Below are positions 24,909 to 36,585 of a stretch of 64,000 nucleotides of DNA, one piece after another. The translations under genes were made by a program, and so were the position numbers. The stretch is from Nemertoderma westbladi (lineage: Eukaryota > Animalia > Xenacoelomorpha): the NCBI GenBank assembly GCA_032718475.1, contig JAUCBJ010006261.1, positions 6,094 through 70,093 on the forward strand, read 5' to 3'. The first letter of the stretch is position 1; each line of letters starts with the position of its first letter. The notes under the pieces were generated by a model, which searched no databases, was not told where the DNA came from, and saw nothing but the letters and a program-made list of their open reading frames with translations.

Positions 24909-25505
24909 ATGGATAATATTATTTTTGTTGATTTTCAATATTATACGATAGACAATAAAGAGTATCCGGTAGTATTTAAAGAATTTGCTATATTCGATTC
25001 TAATTACACCAAAACTAATGTAAAGACGTTTTTAATTAAAGGCCCACCTAATATTAAGTTATCAGCATTAGATGCAGCCCACGTAAACAATTTACGAGAC
25101 ATGACTTCTCATTTACCTTGGGACTACGGCGACATTTCACAAGATGACTTTAAAACATACATGAAGAGACATTTAAAATATAAAAAAAATATATATGTAT
25201 TTGGGTTGATGAAGCAGGCAATATTAAACACCCAACTTGATGTTCTTGCACCAAATTCGATGGAGAAATTGGGAATATATGAGCGATATCACGATTATTT
25301 AACCCCTTGTCGCTTCCACAATCAATTTACTACCGTAGAAAATAAATGTGCGTTCCACTTAAACACAAGGGATAACTGTCTGCGGTACTGCTCAGCAAAA
25401 CACGTCGGTGGGTATGTGATGAAACGCTTTTTCGTGAGAAAGCGTTTAACTGTGATTGATAATGATAAACAGAAAGAAATAACTGCGGTGGAAGATGTAC
25501 TGTAG
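24909..25505 (+). CDS. DEDD-like 3'-5' exonuclease-fold protein
   Basis: IFVDFQ...FKEFAI, HLPWDYGDI, IYVFG..K and a C-terminal C..H...C motif. The second acidic residue is Q, so it may be inactive. Confidence 0.55.
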   Translation: MDNIIFVDFQYYTIDNKEYPVVFKEFAIFDSNYTKTNVKTFLIKGPPNIKLSALDAAHVNNLRDMTSHLPWDYGDISQDDFKTYMKRHLKYKKNIYVFGLMKQAILNTQLDVLAPNSMEKLGIYERYHDYLTPCRFHNQFTTVENKCAFHLNTRDNCLRYCSAKHVGGYVMKRFFVRKRLTVIDNDKQKEITAVEDVL

Positions 25506-25876
25506 GTTTACTGTAAGCTTGTAATGTGATGGGATATAATATAATTTTATTTTGGTGATGATCTTGATGTTAATATAAAAATATAATAAAATATAATTTT
25601 TTTACAACAAGTTCTCTAAAAAAGAGTCAATTGCGCTAGGTTAACCATACACATTTAACAATATGACGTAGACGTAACATGTACAGTAAGTATTCTCGAT
25701 ATCATTCTAATATAGATGTACTGGTATTGCAAAACATCCTATACATCGCAAACTAATAACACATACAGTAGTTGACTAGTAATATTAGTCAGAAATGCAA
25801 CATAAACTGTATAGGATGTAGTGTTAACCTGTTGGTACCGGTACTGATAAATTCAATAATTTATTATAGGCCTAAC

Positions 25877-27040
25877 CACAACTGTCATCCGCTTTATCAG
25901 TACCGGTAGTGTTTTACTCTTCCAACACTGTAGTCACAGTCTACTGGTATCAGTACAGCAGTAATCTGAAGCAATAGCATACTGCTGTCATGATCCGGAT
26001 TACACGCAGGGGTCTCACATACTGGGATTAGATCACCTACCCAAACAATACAGTACTGCAGTACTGTCGCTGTTGTTGTAACAGTATAGTCAGATAGAGC
26101 ATACTGATTTCCTTTGATTAGCATTGTACTGCAGTATCGGTACTACAGTATTAATGTAACAGTACCCGCAGTAACAAACTAAGCCAATGTATACAATATC
26201 GTGAGCCAGTTACAATCAGATGTGTACGCAGTCAGCCACACTGCGGGGATGCGGTCAACCTCACAGCTAGCCTCGCAGCTCCTATCCACAACTGTCATCC
26301 ACTTTATCAGTACAGCAGTAATCTGATGCAATAGCATTTGTTTTTTTTCCCTTTAAGGATACTGCTGTCTACCCGAACCTTGATTAGCATACTGCTGTCA
26401 TAACCTAGAAGGTACGCGTGGCTCTCACATATAGGGATTAGATCACCTACCCAAACAATACAGTACTGCTGTACTGTCGCTGTTGTTGTAACAGCATAGT
26501 CAGATAGAGCATACTGATTTCCTTTGATTAGCATTGTACTGCAGTACCGATACCGCAGTATTAATGTAACAGTACCTGTAGTAACAAACTAAGCCATTGT
26601 ATACAATATCGTGAGCCAGTTACAATCAGATGTGTACGCAGTCAGCCACGCTGCGGGGATGCGGTCAACCTCACAGCTCCTATCCACAACTGTCATCCAC
26701 TTTATCAGTACAGCAGTAATCTGATGCAATAGCATTTGTTTTTTTACCTATAAGGATACTGCTGTCTACCCGAACCTTGATTAGCATACTGCTGTCATAA
26801 CCTAGAAGGCACGCGTGGCTCTCACATATAGGGATTAGATCCCCTACCCAAACAATACAGTACTGCAGTACTGTCGTTGTTGTTGTAACAGTATAGTCAG
26901 ATACAGCATGTTGATTTCCTTTTATTAGCATTGTACTGCAGTACCGGTACCACAGTATTAATGTAACAGTACCCGCAGTAACAAACTAAACCATTGTATA
27001 CAATATCGTGAGCCAGTTACAATCAGATGTGCGCGCGGTC
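25877..27040. repeat. About 400-bp tandem repeat x3 inside the Polinton, followed by agcctcgc-type microrepeats to about 27190
   Basis: ccacaactgtcatcc.ctttatcagtac at about 25877, 26287 and 26684. Confidence 0.9.
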
Positions 27041-27277
27041 AGCCTCGCAGCCACCCTCGCAAGCAGCATCGCTACCAGCCTCGCAGCCAGCCAGCCTCGC
27101 AGCCAGCCTCACGGCACGCAGTTAGCCTCGCAGCCAACCAGTCAGCCAGCCAGCCACCGAGCTACTGCCGGCTAGGCACGCAGTCAGCCTGTGAGAGTCA
27201 TACTTATTCAAACGAGGTTAGTTTTCCCTAACTACCGATAGATTGATTGAAAAATAATAATGTTTAATTTTCACCTT

Positions 27278-27832
27278 CTAATCACCAATATATTCTACAC
27301 CTAAAGTCACAACACCAAACATTAATAAATAATTAACAAGTTTACTAAATATACGGTAATAAATGTGAAATTTCCTAGGTGAACACATTAAAGTACATTT
27401 ACCGGTATGAAAGCAGCAAATGACTACGGTATTATTTATTCTTATTTTGCAATTATTAAAAATTTCAGGTGCATATATAACTTGAAGTTGCACATTATCA
27501 AAGACAACATAAAACCCGGTATTGTTTATCAATAACCTATAGACTACAGACTTAATACTAAAAATATAAGTACATAAATTAACAGATTTTAAAATCAAAT
27601 TAATACTAGTTTTATCAAATATATGCTTTTTTACTTTTTGGAAATTATACTTACTACCTAATAATGTAATACGACCATTTTTAAATATTAATAATGTGGC
27701 ACCAAATATCTTATATATAAACTGATTTGGTTTGAGTATGTGTTTACCAGATAATTGATTTTTTAATTCTTTAAAATTAATCGCTGACACTTGCTGGCAA
27801 CTTACATTCTTATTAACTATCTGATAGTTCAT
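27278..27832 (-). CDS. TATA-box-binding protein (TBP)-like protein, 184 aa
   Basis: Two TBP half-repeats. ATLLIFKNGRITLLGSK resembles TTALIFSSGKMVCTGAK; YAPEIF...VICCFHTGKCTL resembles YEPELF...LLIFVSGKVVL. The ATG at 27832 overlaps the end of pPolB. Confidence 0.75.
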   Translation of the reverse strand: MNYQIVNKNVSCQQVSAINFKELKNQLSGKHILKPNQFIYKIFGATLLIFKNGRITLLGSKYNFQKVKKHIFDKTSINLILKSVNLCTYIFSIKSVVYRLLINNTGFYVVFDNVQLQVIYAPEIFNNCKIRINNTVVICCFHTGKCTLMCSPRKFHIYYRIFSKLVNYLLMFGVVTLGVEYIGD

Positions 27833-30800
27833 TGTTTGGCTCCCGATAAATAGGTATATTGTTTTTTTTTTTGGGTTTTTCAACCTTTGTTTGATAGTGA
27901 CCCCAGGGAAGTGAATGATTTTTATTAACCCAATAAAGTTTATCGTCAAATGCGCTGAGAGCAAACTTATCTCGTGCTACAGTATACACTTTGTGTAATT
28001 GGCTCTGAAATTGATGCGTTTCCTTGGAAATTTCCTCGTTATCCTTATATGCTCTTAAATAATCTTCGTGGCAAATATTTTTATCCACAACAGCTCTTGT
28101 TATTCCTTTCGCCCGTCGTATGTTAGATTCATTCCATTCCAAAATTGAATATAACTTTGGACGTAAAAATACAGCTTCCTTAATCTCTCGTGAGGCTAGT
28201 TCATCTTTACAGTAATAGAGTCTGGATTTATTTTTATCGCTGTAGAGAGGGTGATCCTTGGGGTAATTGGATGTATCTAGAATATTATTTTTAATTAAGG
28301 CTTTTAAAAAATTATTGTGCGATGTATTATAGTAACAACCTATTAAAGAGTCCGTATCTGATGCTACAATTTCAATTCGACAGTTTAATTCTTTCTCAAT
28401 AGGTAGCAATTTATCGTAATACAGCTGATACATATCCAATTTAGCCAAATCCAAGACAGTACTACCTACATAGACTGGCTTATCGAGAGTTACAGAGTCT
28501 TTCACTAATAAATGTCCCGATAAGGAATCATTATAAATCATGAAATTTTCGTGATTTATACGTTTGACCAATAAATCGCATTTCTCTTTACTATTAGCGA
28601 TACGAAAGTTGCAACGGTCTCGTATTTTCTCTATCGTTTTTCCAAATAACGAATTATTTAGAAGTTTCGCGACAGCTGTTTAATATAACTTTTTGCTACT
28701 CGCCTTTGATTAATATTAAAATCTATATAGGGTTTAAATACAAAGTCTTGATGGAAAGAATATAATTTATGGAGCTTAGTAACAATTAAACCTTGTTTTA
28801 TATAAAATTTTAACAGTTTTAAATTTACATGATAGAATTCTTTATCGAATTGTGTCAACATAAGTTTTGGTGCACACATCTTATACTTGCTATTAGTACC
28901 TCTTTGTTTACAAACATGATTATATTGTTCCCTCATATATGGTGAAAGCATTGTCTCATTTATACTTAAATGTTCTGGGGCTAAGGGTAGTTCTAATGTA
29001 CGATCATGAATATCTTTGGGATATTTCAAATCGCAAATTAAGAAAAACACAATATCCCCTTCAGTATCAAGATTTGTTAAATATTTTATTAGTTCTTCTG
29101 GAGCAGCATTCTCTAAATATGTAACGTTGACTTGTTCAAAACCTGAAACAGGTAGCTTTTTACTTAAATTACCCGAATACAAGGAATTAAAATCTATATT
29201 GAAAATATGACACTCTTCCTTGCTTGGATCATAATTATCAGTATCTGGTATATTTGATTCTATGTAATGCTTTCGACAGATTGAAACCCCTCCTCTAATA
29301 GATGCTTCAAAATCTCTATATGTTTGGTAATCTTTTATTAATGCTAACTTACATTTATTGTATTTCAGGGCGCAATCATAAGTGAAAGCTGCGATACTAC
29401 AATAATAAACTACTTCTAATTCGTAGTTTTGTCTACATACTCTCCTAAAGTTCTCAAATATAATAATAATAATAATATCAATTTTATTTCATTCACAGTT
29501 GAACATATTAAAATATACGTGCACAATAAATAATTATATTAATATGAAAATATGTCGGAATTTATTACTATAGCATGATAAAAATATATAACTAATAAAA
29601 AATATAATTAAATTAATTCGGCTCTACCCGTAAACGGCGATACGACTTAAACATCTCAGATTGAGACAAACAGTTATCTCGGACAGCACGAATAACGACG
29701 TTAGTTGATGTGGATACTCGTGAGAATAAACTGTGTAAAGCAAAACGGTGTATATGGACAACCGATCGTATTCCTAGAGTGACTAGCATTTCACTAGCAC
29801 TACAATAGCTGCTATATCCAAACAGTTTCCTAACAGATTTAGTTAAGGCCACCTTGAGGCTATTAAATATTTGTTGACTGTAGTAAACATCGGCCCATAA
29901 TGCATTACAATAAATATTACAACAGTAGCTATTGAACAGTTTAAGTTTAACCGATTTACTGCACTTATTAAATTTACGAATTAAAATATTAGCACGTGAA
30001 TACAGTGACCTGGTTTGGGCTTTAATATCTACGTCATCAGAAAAATCTGATGTGATATAATGCCCCAAATATTTAAACTTGTTCACTATCTCAAGTTTTT
30101 TACCGCCTAATGTGAAATTCGTACATGTTCTAGAATGTTTCCTATAACCACTATACATAATTATACATTTAGACTTCTTAGGATTGAACTTAATGTTATT
30201 ACGGTTTGCAAAATTTACACAAATATCTAATAACTGCTGAAGTGCAACTGGCGATGTACTCATCAAGCTAAGATCGTCAGCATAAAGCAAATGATTCAAA
30301 CAAATATCAATATGACAGCCTAACTCCGAATTAGCTAATCAGAAAATGATTGGATGATGGTAATTTCGAATCATTGAATTTATTTAAATCTGTCAGATAC
30401 TAAGAAAATGCAAATCGTAGAGATTGCAGTTGTGTGCAGCGAGTATATACATGTGTCGTTTCAACGATAAAGAGCGGTTACACGCGTTACAAGCGGCTGT
30501 TATATAGTTACCAGTAATATGTGAGTGATGTTTGTTTTTCTCAGATTTATCCTTAAATAAAACATTGCAATAAAAGCAAGTTTTAGCTTTCCAAAAACTT
30601 AACTTATCTACATCATTAAGTATTATCTTTTGTCTGGTGTGGGTTTCTAACCACTTATATAATTGGGTGATGTCATTATATACAGAGTCTAAAAAGTCTT
30701 GAATACAGTTGTTGTCGATTGTTTTTGTAAAGGTCTTCAAATACAATTTTGGTGGATTGATTAATTCACTACTAGGAACAATTAAATAACTTACAGCGCA

Positions 30801-32258
30801 TGGAATATGATTCTGAATAAATTTACTGTTGCTGGATGGCTCCAAAATAGATTCTATGTCAAAATATATTACAAACAATGCTGGTAATGTTCTGTCTAAA
30901 TTTCTAAAGCTAATGTGAGTTCTTTTTTCAGACGGTAGCTTCTCAACTTGACTTTTTCCTCGATAACAAGCAAGACGGTGACGTTCTAGAACATCCTTGC
31001 TGTAGAAATGAGACAAACACCGTTCACAATATTTCCTACATCTAATATGCTTACCTGTTGTATTCATCAAACGATTCAAGTTAGTTATGCAAACATAATG
31101 TGATTGTTTTGATTTATTCTTATTTTTTACAAGTAATATATTCAATAACTCTTTATCTGGAGTGATTTTACTAAATGGAGCCTGTCTTAATATAGATACT
31201 CGATTGTTGTCGTAGAGTAATAAATTAATTATATATGCTGAATTCTGTTTTTCAAAAAGTTTAATTGCAAGCGGCCATTCTGATGGATAATCTTTGTTCC
31301 CATTGTCAAAAATAAAATGATTCATAATCTGTGTACTGCGAAGTATGGTTTTTGTTATCTTTCACTTTGCTACTAAATTTTGTGGCTATAATTGCCCATT
31401 TGAAACAGTCATTATCAGCCGTTTGTATATTTATAACACATTTTTTAACTGATAGAGCCTTAGGTAACTCCATATAACCGTGACCTTTATATTCCAGTGA
31501 CCTACACTTGGATTCAGCTACTTTAATTTCCACTCTTAATAAAGATTTAACGCGCCATCCTGAGCCACGAGTGTTAAATATGGCTATTTTTTGCATTAAT
31601 TTTTCTAGTACATACTCAAACCATGTGTCAAAACTTTCATGTGAATCTACGGTATTAACTGCACCACCTGAAGAACTAAAATAGAAAGTTTCTTCTTGGT
31701 CTCCCTCTGAAAAATGTGATCGATACATGAGTATATTCACACCTAGCCAGGGTCTAAGTACATTCATTTCGCTAAGTTTTCCTAATAATAAGTTTTTGAT
31801 GTGAGGTAGAATATGAACTATCGATGAATGAATATCAGGAAAATCTTCATCATTCGGAAGATTGTAAACATAGATTTCTAAACGGTTATCATGTGCGGCT
31901 CGTTCGAGGCTAAAAATTGATGGACCTTGACCAGATTTCAGTCTTTTTCTAGATGCGACAGTATTGTTTTGGTTCCGTTGTGGTCTAACAAGATAATAAC
32001 GTTGGTGACAGTCGTGACGTAAATAATTCTCATATAAATACTCTTTATTACAAGTAGGACAAGTTTTTTCATACACGCAAAACTTCATTTCTTTACATCC
32101 CGTAGTTGATTCATGTCGTTTGCATATTTCTTCACGTGAACATTTCACTCGACAATTAAAACAATTGTATTCTTGGAAATGTAATTTCACGTGAGTTAAA
32201 AATAATTTCGTTTAGAAATTTGAAGAGGACAAAATGGTCATTTCAATTGTTTATCCAT
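27813..32258 (-). pseudogene. polB: Protein-primed family B DNA polymerase (pPolB) with N-terminal zinc fingers and an EndoVII/HNH-like insert; disrupted
   Basis: GSGW, INIQ..DNDCFKWAI, YFDIES, CFYC...HSHITG...ACNACN, AHN..LYD, IRGG, DFNSLY, LNNSLFGK, SDTDS and LRPKLY. Broken by frameshifts, an internal deletion near 30395 and a LINE insertion. Confidence 0.93.
29461..30342 (-). mobile_element. 5'-truncated non-LTR retrotransposon (RTE-X/CR1-like RT fragment) inserted in pPolB
   Basis: LLYADDL, IKFNPKKSK and FKYLGH in ORF 29613-30299, with a (TTA)n 3' tail near 29461-29476. Confidence 0.85.
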
Positions 32259-33045
32259 CTCTTTATTATCCTAAAAAAAATTTAAAATTAATATGAATAT
32301 TGTTATATATATAATCAAAAAAAAATTCATAAGCTACTCAACATAAATAAAATATAATATCTAAACTTTAATTAATTTAATATTTGCAGAATGAGCTCGA
32401 TTGAATCAGTTGAGCTCTTTATATATATTTCAAGTTTCTACTTATACCAACCAATCATAAATAACAGTTACATTGGAAACTAATATCATAAATAAAGTTG
32501 CTTTTACAACTGAATTCTTTATAATAAAATCAAGTCTAAACCAAGATGTGCATAATACGTTTTTAATTTTCATTGATAAAGTAGGTTTTACATGCTAATG
32601 TTTTATTATGGTGGTGTAAACTCACGCATTTACATGGGAATGTTTTTATACCTAATCCCGTGCTCACATTAAACTATCGCCAATATTTACTCAATAAAGT
32701 CACCTTTACATGCAAATACTTTATAATAATCATGCTTTGTGTTAAAAAGTTACCTTTACTAGTTAGTGTGAAACTGAAAAAAAAAGTCTCTAGTTAATAA
32801 TAAATCAATCTGATACTGTTTTTATATGTTCCTTATTGTAATCTGCTACCTCTTCACTTGCTTTTGTAACTTTTATTTTCTTTGTAGGTATAGAATCATT
32901 GTTGGGAATGGAAGATGTTTGAGATGTAGATCTGCGCTTTCTATCACTCGATGTCTCTTCGATGTATGTCTTTGGATTAAATGTAGATGAACTACTTCTG
33001 GAAATGACTTATTAACCTTAAACTTCCAAGTTGGTTGATATAGAA

Positions 33046-33831
33046 TCACGAAACCGATGAAACCTTTAACATCATATCATAGAGAAACTCTATATGAGGT
33101 ATGTCTTTATCGTAATGTAACTGTAAATATTTGCTTTCCTTGTCTGTAATAATTACTTTTTTTTCTTGTACATTTATTTTTACTTTAAGTCGGTCAGATA
33201 AAGCTTTATCGCCCGTATCTAGCTCTGAAAAGACACCTTCGTTACTAATTTCATAATTCCATTCATACCACAATTAATTTACTTCCGATGCTGTTAAGTT
33301 AAACCCATTATAATACCTAAGACCAATAGCATCAGAATATCTAGCTGAAATCTCCCATAGTCCCATATAAGTCGTTCCTTTATATTTGCTTACAAAACCA
33401 ACAAAAGATGGGTTGGTTAAATTAACAACAGAACACTGATTTATTATTTCGAGTGGTGGTGATAACAATTCTAATATTTCTGTCTTACTCTGAAGCAATA
33501 AATTAATGAGTGATTTGTTTAGAATTTGACATTTGCCTTGCTTCTGAATATATACGTTTTCAGTAATAACACAGGTGGAAATATTTAACTTTCCTCTTGT
33601 AAATTCTATATTAGGATAAATATTACCTCTTGAAACTGGTGATTCCTTTTGTCGGTTGATTAATATTTCTAAGACGTCTAGAAGGTAGAGTGTATCCTGG
33701 TAAGAGAAGCACGTTGTTACATTGCTATCGCTTGAGAGTAATATAAAGTACTTGCCATAAACAATACTACAGGTATATTTATTACATGTAAATTTCCAAG
33801 TATTGCTTGAAGTTTTTTTAAATAAATCCAT
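33046..33831 (-). pseudogene. Polinton ORF with a PC4/Sub1-like domain, interrupted by an in-frame TAA
   Basis: FVSKYKGTTYMGLWE...NGFNLTASEVN*L resembles PC4 VSVRDFKGKVLIDIRE...KGISLNPEQWSQL. The two listed ORFs are in the same frame. Confidence 0.5.
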
Positions 33832-34449
33832 AATTAGAATGAAAACTATTTTGAAAAATAAAAACTAAATAAATGATTATTAGAATGTAAAACTTCTGTT
33901 TATATGGTTGCTTTAATACAACAGAGTGACTTACAGTAAGGAATATAGTAGCTTCGTGTAACAGATGCAACGTGTACAGCTAAATTTATTACATTAGCGT
34001 GAGTTAGAGAGTGAAATAGCAGTAACATGTAACAGATGCAACATGATCAATGCTAGCCCTGTCATTCTAACTTATATTTTAACTTAGTTGACCGACCAGT
34101 CACATCGATAAAAGAAATCGATTATTATTAATAGTCGAATTAATGTATTCTATGCTATAGTAATTATGTTAAGGAACTAGAAGCTATTTATAAACATCTG
34201 CTACCAGTGATGAAGATGAAGAATTCAATGACTATGGTATAACTCAGATATTTATCGCCTTTTTCTCTCAAGGTTGGATGGAAGAGTGATTGGTGAGTTG
34301 TGAGGAGTTATAACGGTCCCGAGTTCGAACCCTGTTGAATATTTTGTTATCTGAAAAATTGCAAAATTAAATTTAGTTGCTGGTGAAAAATAGTGATTTG
34401 AAAAATAGTAGAAGTTACCTGTAGACACCTCTAGCGTCTGTAAAATAAA

Positions 34450-34769
34450 GGTTGGTGAAAAATTGCGATTTGAAAAATAGTAGAAGTTATCTGATGCTAA
34501 GTGTAGACACCCGAACACCTGTAAAATAAAGGTTGGTGATTGGATGCAGTACTAGTGTTGGGTGACTAATAACGCCTCTAGCGGAATAAGCGGGAACTTG
34601 AGAAGTTACCATGGTTACGGATGAAATGCTGACATCTGATTGGATGAAATAATAACGACTACTGGTCAAGGATGAAATGGTGGCTTCTGATTGGATGCAG
34701 TACTAGAAATGGATGGTAATGATGGGCTACGGGTGACCGTGATGCAGTGGGCGAGTAATATATACTACT
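34450..34769 (-). repeat. Polinton right TIR
   Basis: Ends ...GAGTAATATATACTACT; inverted copy of 16026-16343. Confidence 0.93.
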
Positions 34770-35355
34770 AGTGTCACTGATAGCTTGGCCGAGGCCGTTG
34801 GAGAAAAGCATTCAGAGTTAATGTTGTTCGTTGGCGGTCTAATATAATAATGATAGCACAGTTAAAATGATGGCGGATGACAATATTGCTTGATACCGGT
34901 AATAGATTAATATACAGCCAATGTTGATGGCGGTAAAACAATATTACCCATCTGCACTGAAACTGGGTAACTAACTAAACTGAATCACAAAACCGGTAGC
35001 AGGAGATAATATATGATTGATATACCAATATTACTTCACTCCTACGCTACCTTGGCCTGCTACCTAATGGATGCTCTCCTTCGCCCTTATTGGCTAATAC
35101 TCTTCTTGTCGCCCTTTCACTCTCTGGGAGTGTTTCCCCTCTGCTGCTAGCCTCTGCTAGCTGTGTCCCCTCCGAGGTGGTTTGATCTCTAACCTTCCTT
35201 TGTGTGTGGCTTCGGGGCTTGTGTTGCCCCCCCCCCCCCCAATGTTGGTTGTGATTCGAGATTGATATTGCTAATCTCGTATCTCCAACATATTGCTGAA
35301 AATGCCACCATCCCATTTTCTGGTGGGTAATGAGGCGGAATTGAATCCGCTTACA
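34770..35355 (-). repeat. Main part of the family-B 3' LTR
   Basis: Matches 55969-56561. Ends at TTACA next to the PPT complement ctccccccc. Confidence 0.9.
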
Positions 35356-36504
35356 CTCCCCCCCATGCTATATTCCCGGTGAGAAGATAGCATCAACCTC
35401 TAGTGCGCTTCAATTCCGCTGGAACCCGATCTACTATCGGGTGTGGTGTGGAGTTCTTTTCTCGGAGTCGGCTTTCCAGACCGCTCCATCTGGGTAGGAT
35501 ATTGCTACCCCTTCTTGGTGCAATCGCAACCTATGTTGCACCAAGACATCTGACGTCTCTGTTCGAGACAGTTGTGGACTCTTCACACAATTTTCAAAAA
35601 CTCTCACTCCTAATCTTACTCTCGACCTCTCACTCCCTTACTCTTCCTCTCTCCCTGCTCGCTCCCCACACTTGAATCGCACTCCTCTCACTTCCTCACG
35701 CGCCAACACCTCCTCTCCATACTTCCCTCATACTCCTCTCATACTCCCCTCGGAACTTACCCCAGTCCATCGGCTTGCGGAAGACAAGCCTCATGAGCTC
35801 ACCCTGGGGCTGAATACAGATTTAGTCGAAAAAATTAGCCAAAGAATTTGGGTTATATTTTGTGACTCTTTGACCCAAAACGATCCGATTTCGGGTAAAA
35901 TTAAAAAAACTAATCGAAGAAAATTTTATTTATAAGCAATTTAAAATTTATTTAATATTTATAAATATTAGTGACCAATAAATTAATTAGCCCATGGATA
36001 TATCATGGAAATTTGGAGTCTATATGTTAAAGAAATGCAAATAAACAAAAATGCAAAAAAAATTTATCGATATATATTTAGTTATTAGTAATTAAATAAT
36101 TATTTAATACTAACAAATATTAGTTTTCAAAAATAAATTAGCCCATGGTTATGGAAAGAAAAAATGGTGTCTATATGTGAAAGAAATGCGAAAAATTAAA
36201 AAATTAAAAAAATCGATATAATATATTTTAGGTATTGAAATTTACTTATTATAAATAATTATAAATATCAATTAATATTTTATTAATCATTATTTTCAAT
36301 AATTATTAAAATATGTGTACATGGAATATCATTATACTAATGCAGAAAACTGAAGTTTAATTAAAATATCTGATGAATTATTTCACTATAAGATAGCATT
36401 TGTAGTTTAACTTAAACGTAAAAACTTTCGAAAATCCGACGCATTTTGATTAAGTTACAGTAATGTAATATGCCTATTCATATTTGTACACATAAAACCC
36501 CTAG

Positions 36505-36585
36505 TTACTCTCGTGGCGTAGTGGTCAGAGGGTTAAAGCGTTGGTTGCATTACAGCTAGGTTACGAGTTCGAATCCCGGTCGGGA
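36505..36585 (+). other. tRNA-derived, SINE-head-like Pol III sequence
   Basis: A box TGGCGTAGTGG (36514-36524) and B box GAGTTCGAATCC (36565-36576). No clean cloverleaf. Confidence 0.55.

Larger units (their letters stand above)
16026..34769. mobile_element. Polinton/Maverick (adintovirus-like endogenous virus), full-length but decaying
   Basis: TIRs of about 320 bp (16026-16343 and 34450-34769) with AGT(AGT)...ACTACT termini. Imperfect 6-bp TSD GTTGTC/AGTGTC. Contains pPolB, rve integrase, ATPase, MCP, minor capsid and adenain genes. Confidence 0.95.

Noticed and set aside
25897-26931. Three paralogous small Polinton proteins (MLIKGNQ...)
   Set aside because: Products of the tandem repeat. 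Their C-termini diverge by indels and no domain is recognisable.
27833-27964. N-terminal 44 codons of the 228-aa ORF
   Set aside because: They overlap pPolB in another frame. TBP similarity begins at the ATG at 27832.
29613-30299. RT as a native Polinton gene or a pPolB-RT fusion
   Set aside because: It is 5'-truncated, has a 3' UTR and (TTA)n tail, and interrupts pPolB, so it is a secondary LINE insertion.
36505-36585. Functional tRNA gene
   Set aside because: A and B boxes are present, but the acceptor and anticodon stems do not pair convincingly. Treated as a SINE-like relic.
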